Of a stretch of DNA of 64,000 nt, positions 57,009 to 64,000 are shown in pieces. Position numbers and translations under genes: made by a program. The notes below the pieces were generated by a model. It searched no databases and was not told where the DNA came from. It saw only the letters and a list, made by a program, of their open reading frames with translations. Each line of letters starts with the position of its first letter. The first letter of the stretch is position 1. The stretch comes from Blastocystis sp. Blastoise (Eukaryota > Protista > Bigyra: Opalinata), in contig JBBPEB010000015.1 in the NCBI GenBank assembly GCA_039096225.1, forward strand, positions 1,674,001 to 1,738,000, written 5' to 3'.

Positions 57009-58939
57009 TTAGCATTTTCTAATAACAGAATGATCCGGTTTTGTATATAGATCCGCAAGGAATGACTCAAATAGATCCTTCATAGTTACATTATGACCAC
57101 GATTTGCAAATAATGTATTCACATAATTAGTTTGATATTTTGTTCTATAATAATAGTTGTAAAATTATTAAGATATAATAATCATAATAGTGTTATAATA
57201 TTATTAAGATATAATAATAATAATAATAATAGTTGTAATAAACATAATGATAGTTATAATAATAATAATAATAACTATTCTATACCTAGGATGAGGAACA
57301 TCAATAGCAAATGCCTTTGTAAGTACAGTAAAGTTATAACCGGAATAACGGAGTAATTCCAGCCATTGAACTTTATTATAACCATAATCAACAAATCGTT
57401 CATCGAATAAAGGTAAATCTTTATGTTTACGAACAACTACATATGGTTCTTGTCGTTCACCTCTAAAACATTTAACTTGAGTCACTAAAGGAGTATACGA
57501 CATATTATACCAAGCAGGGAAATAATAATTCTATACATATATATAATAATAAAATAAATAAAGAATCAACAAAAATAATCATTTTCATAAATACACAAAA
57601 AAAAGTATTCAAGTATTATATATATATATATACATGTAAACGATGACCTGGTCTAAATATTTGACATTCCGTGGCATTCATACAATCAAGTAAATCTGGT
57701 TTAGTTGAAGGAACTATAGCATCTACTCTATAATAAATATAATGATAATAAAAAATAAAAGTATAATAAATAAATATAATAAAAATATAATAAAAAATAA
57801 AAATAAAAATATAAATATAATAATAAATATAATAAAATAATAAAAAAATAAAAAAATATATATAATAAACATAATAATAAATATATAAATATACAATTCA
57901 GCACAGGTAGCAAAAGATTTACATTGTTTTTTAATAGTAGGATATTCAAATGCAGGGACAATAATAGCACTCTTTTTATCTTCTAATAAACTAAAAGGTA
58001 ATTCATTCAAGGAATCATATAAATTATCTATAAATATATTTAAAATATTAAAAAAAAATATACCATAAAAAAAAAATAAGAAAATATATATATAATGATA
58101 AAAAAAAACTATTTAAAATATTAACAAAAAAATATATATATAATGATACAAATAAAATAAACAAATAATAACAATAACATATATATATCAATATACAAGA
58201 AGGCCACATATCCATATCTGTTAACCAGAAATGACTAGTTTTACAATGTTGAATAGCTTTATTTCTTAACATATTAATAGGATAAGAAGAATAATTAGCG
58301 CCAACAATAATTTCATATTGAAGACGTTCAGGATAATTATTAGCCATTAATTCATTTATTAATTTATCATATGAACTTTGAGCAACATAAATAGAAACCG
58401 AAAACATACTATTTATTATATTAATATATATATATATAATTAACATTAAATAATATACCTTGGCCAACGTTTTAACAAATAAGGGAAATATACAACTCGC
58501 TGAGCACTAAAACATATATATAAGAAATAAGAAAAATTGTATACATAAAAAATTTGATTAAAAAGTCTATTTTATATCAATTAAACAAAAAAAACAAAAA
58601 AAAGTACAAAAAAAGAGAGTTTATTTTATAATAAATATAGAATAGAAACAAGAAACAAGCTACATACGACGTTTGAGTAACAAATGTGAAATCAAAACTC
58701 ACTTTAAGTGAGGGATTTGTAATTTGATTGACTCTCTATAAATAAAGATAATTGGATACAAATAAAATGAATCATAAATATATAGAGCATCATACTCCAT
58801 ATCCAGAATGTGTACGAATTGTCGGGTACACAATTAAAATTCCTGTCATACTACAGTCTGCATAATTATAAATTGAATGAAGATACACCATCAGAAACAT
58901 CGATGTTAGCATCAAAACTATATATGTAAATAATCTCAT
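57009..58939 (-). CDS. Glycosyltransferase family 49 (LARGE/B4GAT1-like), type II membrane protein
   Basis: N-terminal TM anchor; TFVTQTS..R, YPINMLRN.A...TSHFWLTDMDMWP, AIIVPAFE, QEPYVVV...LPLFDERFVDYGYNKVQW; 8 exons. Confidence 0.88.
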
Positions 58940-59153
58940 TTCTATATAATAATAATAGACAAAGAAATAATAAAATAAAGTACCTGTACCAGAGTGACCT
59001 CCTGTACCAAAGTGACCCGTTTTTGTTTTGTTTCCATATTTACGGGAAAAAATATTTTTTCACTGTATTTAATAAAGATAAACATGTAAATAACATTTTT
59101 TCAATAAAAATAGTTTTTTTTCTGTTTAAAAAAGGTTTTTAAGAACAGAAATA

Positions 59154-59822
59154 CAGACGTTCTCAGGTTCTTGTGGAAAAGTGTCGGACGATAGTGGAAA
59201 AACGACTTTTTCACTATGGAAAAACTAACAAATAATAATGGAAAAATGACTTTTTCATTGTGGAAAAACGTCTATAATTTAGTGGAAAAGTGTATTTTTC
59301 TTAATATATTCATAATTAAAGACTTTAGACAAATAAAAGTGTCTTCACTCGTAATGAGAGATGTTAGTTGTGGCTTTGAAGAAAATATATAGTTTATTTT
59401 CTGAAACAAATCGAATGTGATAATTCTCTAATTCTTCATGGATCTAAAGGAATAAATATATCTTAGTTTGCTATATTTATACTCAATAAAACAGAATACA
59501 TATATATATATTTTAAAATATTCAATATTGGTCAAACTTATAAATCACGTTTTAATGGTTTATTTATAAAAATATGATATTTAAATACATGTATATTCTT
59601 TAAAATTAAAAATTACACATCATATAGAGAAAATTACCGAAATATAAGTAATAATAAATTTAAAAAAGTACACAATCAAAATACACTTTTCCACTAAATT
59701 ATAGACGTTTTTCCACAATGAAAAAGTCATTTTTCCATTATTATTTGTTAGTTTTTCCATAGTGAAAAAGTCGTTTTTCCACTATCGTCCGACACTTTTC
59801 CACAAGAACCTGAGAACGTCTG
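59154..59822. mobile_element. Nested non-autonomous element (MITE), 669 bp, with 145-bp perfect TIRs and TA duplication
   Basis: TA-CAGACGTTCTCAGG...CCTGAGAACGTCTG-TA. 59154-59298 is the reverse complement of 59678-59822; the 379-bp core is non-coding. Confidence 0.92.
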
Positions 59823-59997
59823 TAGTATAATTTTTAAAATTTTCACAAGGAAAAAACGGAAAATATATTCTAGAACTTTCTAGAATATTCTTTTTGTATT
59901 CAGTTAAAACGAATACTAACTGGCTTTATCTAATTGTTTTCATATTTTATTCATAATTATTTTATTATTGTTTTTTTTTAAATAAATTAATTATACG

Positions 59998-61425
59998 ATG
60001 AATATAGAAAATATATCCGAAAATGATAATACTACTAGTATTCCCCTTCCTGATCTTGATATTCTTGATTCTAATTTAACCCTAAATCAAGTTCTGAATC
60101 ATCCTGAAGTTGAGAAAGAAAGAAGTCCTAGAAAGAAGTCCTGTGCTATAAGAAAAGTGTTTAATGGAAAGAATGGTATGAAGAAATTATCCTTATCTAG
60201 TATTAGTGCTATCACTAAAGTGTCTCCGTCTACAATAAAACGTTCTGAAAAGAAACTGAATGAAGATGTATCACTTAATAATCGTGATAATCAACATGTT
60301 CTTAATGAAAATGAAGAAGTAGAAATAATAGAATGGATTAAGTCACAAATTAATGTGAATAACTGTCCTTCGAAGAATGAAATAGCTGAAGAAATACGTA
60401 AGAGATCAATTGAAAGGTGTCGAAACGGTATTGGATGTATGATTACTGTATCAGAAGGGTATGTAAGGAAGCTGCTTAAGAAGAATAATATTCTATTGAA
60501 AAGACCGCTAACAAATTATGAAGAAAAAGCTAGACCAACAAAGAAAGATGCGAAGATACTGTATAGGAACATTCATTATGTAATAAACAAAAGAAAAATC
60601 AAAACTTCTCTTATATTCAACATGGATGAGTCATGGGTTACTCCTGGTGATAAAAGATCAAGAGTTACTGTTGCAGTTGATAATGATCACTTACCAATAA
60701 CAAAACAAGGTACTAGTGTTACTCATACAACACTAATTGGTTGTATTTGTGCTGATGGTACTGCAGTTCCTTCCTCTTATGTTGTTGATCGAGATACTTA
60801 TAATATTAAAGAAATAGATAAGCAAAATCTGTCCTATATAAAAGTATGGTCTGCTAAGTCTGGATGGATAAATACACATGTGTTATACTCATGGATTCAA
60901 GATATTTTTCTTCCATATGTTAATAAAAAGAGAAAAGATATGAATCTTGATAGTACTAATGATTATTGTCTACTTATTCTTGATGCTCATACAACACGTA
61001 ATGATACTGATTTTCTTCGTCTATGTGAAAATAACCGTATTGATGTTATTGTACTTCCTAAAAATACTACTAGTGTCTTTCAACCGCTTGATTTAGTTAT
61101 ATACAATGTTTATAAATCAAAATTTAGAAGATATTATAAAACAACTAATCGATATTCGTTATTAGCAGCATCTGAAGATGCTTTTAGTGAAGCTTTTACA
61201 AGAAGAAACATTTTAAGTGCATGGCAAGCTTCGAGACTTCTTATTGATGATGAGAATGAGTTTATCAAGGATTTTGATGATCGTCCCCGTAGTAAAGTAA
61301 CTAGAAAATCATCTAAAGTGTCAAATAAAATCTTAACTAATATCAATAGAGAAATGATGGAGGATGAATTTAGTGATAAACTTGATAATACTGTTTCAGA
61401 AGATGAAATAATAGTTAATGAATAA
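59998..61425 (+). CDS. pogo/Fot1-type transposase (CENP-B-like HTH plus DDE_1, DD35D)
   Basis: Intronless 475 aa; IFNMDES, SGWIN, LLILDAH, then 35 residues to the D of VLPKNTTSVFQPLD. Confidence 0.93.
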   Translation: MNIENISENDNTTSIPLPDLDILDSNLTLNQVLNHPEVEKERSPRKKSCAIRKVFNGKNGMKKLSLSSISAITKVSPSTIKRSEKKLNEDVSLNNRDNQHVLNENEEVEIIEWIKSQINVNNCPSKNEIAEEIRKRSIERCRNGIGCMITVSEGYVRKLLKKNNILLKRPLTNYEEKARPTKKDAKILYRNIHYVINKRKIKTSLIFNMDESWVTPGDKRSRVTVAVDNDHLPITKQGTSVTHTTLIGCICADGTAVPSSYVVDRDTYNIKEIDKQNLSYIKVWSAKSGWINTHVLYSWIQDIFLPYVNKKRKDMNLDSTNDYCLLILDAHTTRNDTDFLRLCENNRIDVIVLPKNTTSVFQPLDLVIYNVYKSKFRRYYKTTNRYSLLAASEDAFSEAFTRRNILSAWQASRLLIDDENEFIKDFDDRPRSKVTRKSSKVSNKILTNINREMMEDEFSDKLDNTVSEDEIIVNE

Positions 61426-62184
61426 AGATATTCCTTTCTATATATATATTTTTTATTATTTTTTATATAATATATCATATATATACTTATTTTTTTATAA
61501 TTGTTATTAATTTATGTCAAAAAAAATTTTTTGTTTTGTTTTTAACAAAAAAAGACTCTTTTTATTGAAAAAATGTTATTTACATGTTTATCTTTATTAA
61601 ATACAGTGAAAAAATATTTTTTCCCGTAAATATGGAAACAAAACAAAAACGGGTCACTTTGGTACAGGAGGTCACTCTGGTACAGGTACTTTAATAAAAA
61701 TTTCTCTTTTAGCACATTTATATAATCCTGGTTATTTGAAAAATATCACTCTGAAAAAAAAATGTTGTTAAGAATTCTGTTGGAAATAGCTGTTCTGGGA
61801 AATTCTTAACAGCCAGTCAATACATCTAAGATAACCATAAATATCTTTTCATTTGTTGAAAAAGCGAAAACACCAGTTTTCAGGTCATTTCTCGATTGTC
61901 CTCTATGATTTCAGGCGATATTATTAAAATTCAGAAAAATATCAGCAAAAGAAAGTTATTTGAATTGTGAGAGAACTAGTGTAGATAAAGAGAATGTTTA
62001 TGCATATATAAAGAAATCTAAGCAATTGAAAAATAAGTAACTAAATAAAATAAGAAACGAAATATCCTTCACAACATTTATTCTAATAAATGACGAAATA
62101 AGATTTAAATTAAATAGTATGTGAATATTAGCATTATAATACGATAAATGCGATATGATAGAAACAAATAGAACACAGATATTT

Positions 62185-64000
62185 TTATTTTCGTTGAAAA
62201 TATCGAACGGGTCGTCTTTTATGTTTGTGTTCGGGATCTATAATATGTAAAAGTCCTGAGATTAATAATAATTTTTGTTTTTTAGTTTGGATTTTCTTGA
62301 ATTTTGATGTTTTACAGTTGAAATGCGATAAAATAGACTGATTTGGTAGTTCAATATTTGGTAATTTAAGGAAATAACGAATAGATTGTTGAATTTGAGT
62401 TGAATGATTCCTGGAGGAAGAACGTGAACAACATGGAGATGCTTTAGAGATATTTTGTGGATCATATGATGGTTGTATATCTAAGAATTGAAAGAAACAG
62501 AGAATAAAAGTGAAATGAATATATATATATATTATTATTTATTTGATTTATACGTTGTTGAGATAAACAATTATTTGATTGTAATGGTTGATTTATAAGT
62601 GATGAAATAGATAAATCATATTTAATTTGAATATGATTTTTAAGTGTTAAATTGTCTAAAGATGTTTTTATCCATAAAGGTAATACAGAACCAATAACAA
62701 CAATGCATTTACATAAGAAACATTTTGATTGGATAATATCAATAAATAGATTCATAGCCTTGGTTGTGAATGAAAACACTATATTAATGTATAATATTAT
62801 ATATATTCATAGAATAGACTATAATTATGTTATAAAAAGAATATATGAATATAAATAATTTATAATTTATATATACAATTCATTTTTAATTGTTTCATAT
62901 GTAAATAAACATTCGATGTATAGGGTCGTTGATCAAAATCAATAGAAATAGTAGATAAAGATTCTATATATATATATATATTAATTTAACTTTAAAATAT
63001 GTTATAAAAGTAATATTCTTCTGCTAAGCAAATAAAAAAAAAATATATATATATACGCATCAAAACGATGCAATCAACTTTAATTGAAAGACGTTTATAA
63101 GAACAAAAAAAAGATTCCAAGTCATAATCACCTATAATATTATATATATAATAATCTTTATATAATATACAATCAATATGTAATGATCCATTTAAGAATG
63201 TTGTATTATTAAAGAATAAATTACTTAATTGAGCTATATATATGGAATTATTTTTATAAATGAATACTAAAAAAAATAAATAATTATATTAATCATATAT
63301 ATACCAGAAATTTGACAACGTAATTGATTTGTATCCGTACAAATAGGAAATTGGATCTAATAATATTTAACGAAAGCTTATTAATAATAATAATAAATAG
63401 AAAAAAAAATGAAGAATATTATAAATTGTATAGAATATATTATATATAAATATAGCATACAATTACGGCAAATAAATCAAATGAAGTTTTATATTTATAT
63501 TGAATTAGTTCATATAGCGGTATAGCCGTATTCAACAAATTACATTCAAAATCAAAGAATAATAAAGTCATTATATCTAGACATTTCATTTGCTTCTATA
63601 ATATATATATAATACTTATAATATATAAAGCTATTATGAATGATCTTCTGATAGAAGTATATATATTTTTAATATCATCATATAACGAACAATTATTAAT
63701 AAGTATAATAATATATAATATTATACAAATAATAATTATTGTTATTCTATTATATATACTTTAAGATCACTTTTTATATCATTTAAACAACTTGATTTTG
63801 ATACTATAACTTTATATACTTCACTTGTTTTTATATTTACACAACGTAATTTAATCTATTCAAAAGTATAGAATAAAATTTAATTTAATCAATATATATA
63901 TACACTAAATTATAAAAAAAAATAGTTTATCGAATAATGATAATTATATAAAAACAAGTATAAAACATAATAAATAGAAATACATTTGATATGCATAGTA
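62185..64000 (-). CDS. Hypothetical multi-exon protein (5'-partial)
   Basis: At least 8 exons join in frame through GT-AG introns (IKLRCVNIKT..., KQMKCLDIM..., ...HKRRPVRYFQRK*). No recognisable domain. Confidence 0.6.

Larger units (their letters stand above)
58978..61691 (+). mobile_element. Complete pogo-like (Tc1/mariner-class) DNA transposon with 133-bp TIRs and TA target-site duplication
   Basis: 58978-59110 is the exact reverse complement of 61559-61691. TA lies at 58976-77 and 61692-93, and the element encloses an intact transposase. Confidence 0.95.

Noticed and set aside
59170-59295. Regularly spaced TGGAAAA repeats resembling a CRISPR or iteron array
   Set aside because: They are only 7-bp repeats with ~15-bp spacers inside a MITE TIR, in a eukaryotic context with no cas genes.
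1-64000. Stop codons created by polyadenylation, or an alternative genetic code
   Set aside because: Every reconstructed gene ends in a genomically encoded TAA, TAG or TGA, and the exons have no internal stops under the standard code.

Overview
Very AT-rich, gene-dense, intron-rich eukaryotic DNA. The ORF track is misleading because nearly all genes are spliced, with GTATAT...TATAG introns full of microsatellite repeats. Gene content and style suggest an AT-rich Blastocystis-like stramenopile (inference only). By splicing exons by hand I reconstruct about 20 genes: a PUF protein (partial), two giant coiled-coil proteins, a double-AAA ATPase, an ankyrin-DHHC palmitoyltransferase, UFD1, RPB11, a bacterial-type LysE/RhtB exporter, RCHY1/Pirh2, a DDX55/SPB4 helicase, a PDZ-TBC RabGAP, two small orphans, eIF2B-delta, an F-BAR-SH3 protein, two BTB-like/TLDc paralogs, a GT49 glycosyltransferase and a partial orphan. 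There is also an intact pogo-type DD35D transposon (133-bp perfect TIRs, TA duplication) carrying an unrelated nested MITE. The strongest signals are: (1) four A-starting, minor-spliceosome-type introns in 64 kb, two AT-AC and two with rare AT-AT ends, one of these with a degenerate donor; (2) the young nested transposon inserted 38 bp upstream of a host start codon; (3) an intron-bearing LysE gene that is a lateral-transfer candidate; (4) a 7-nt microexon and several in-frame, stop-free introns. No tRNA, rRNA or CRISPR features were recognised.
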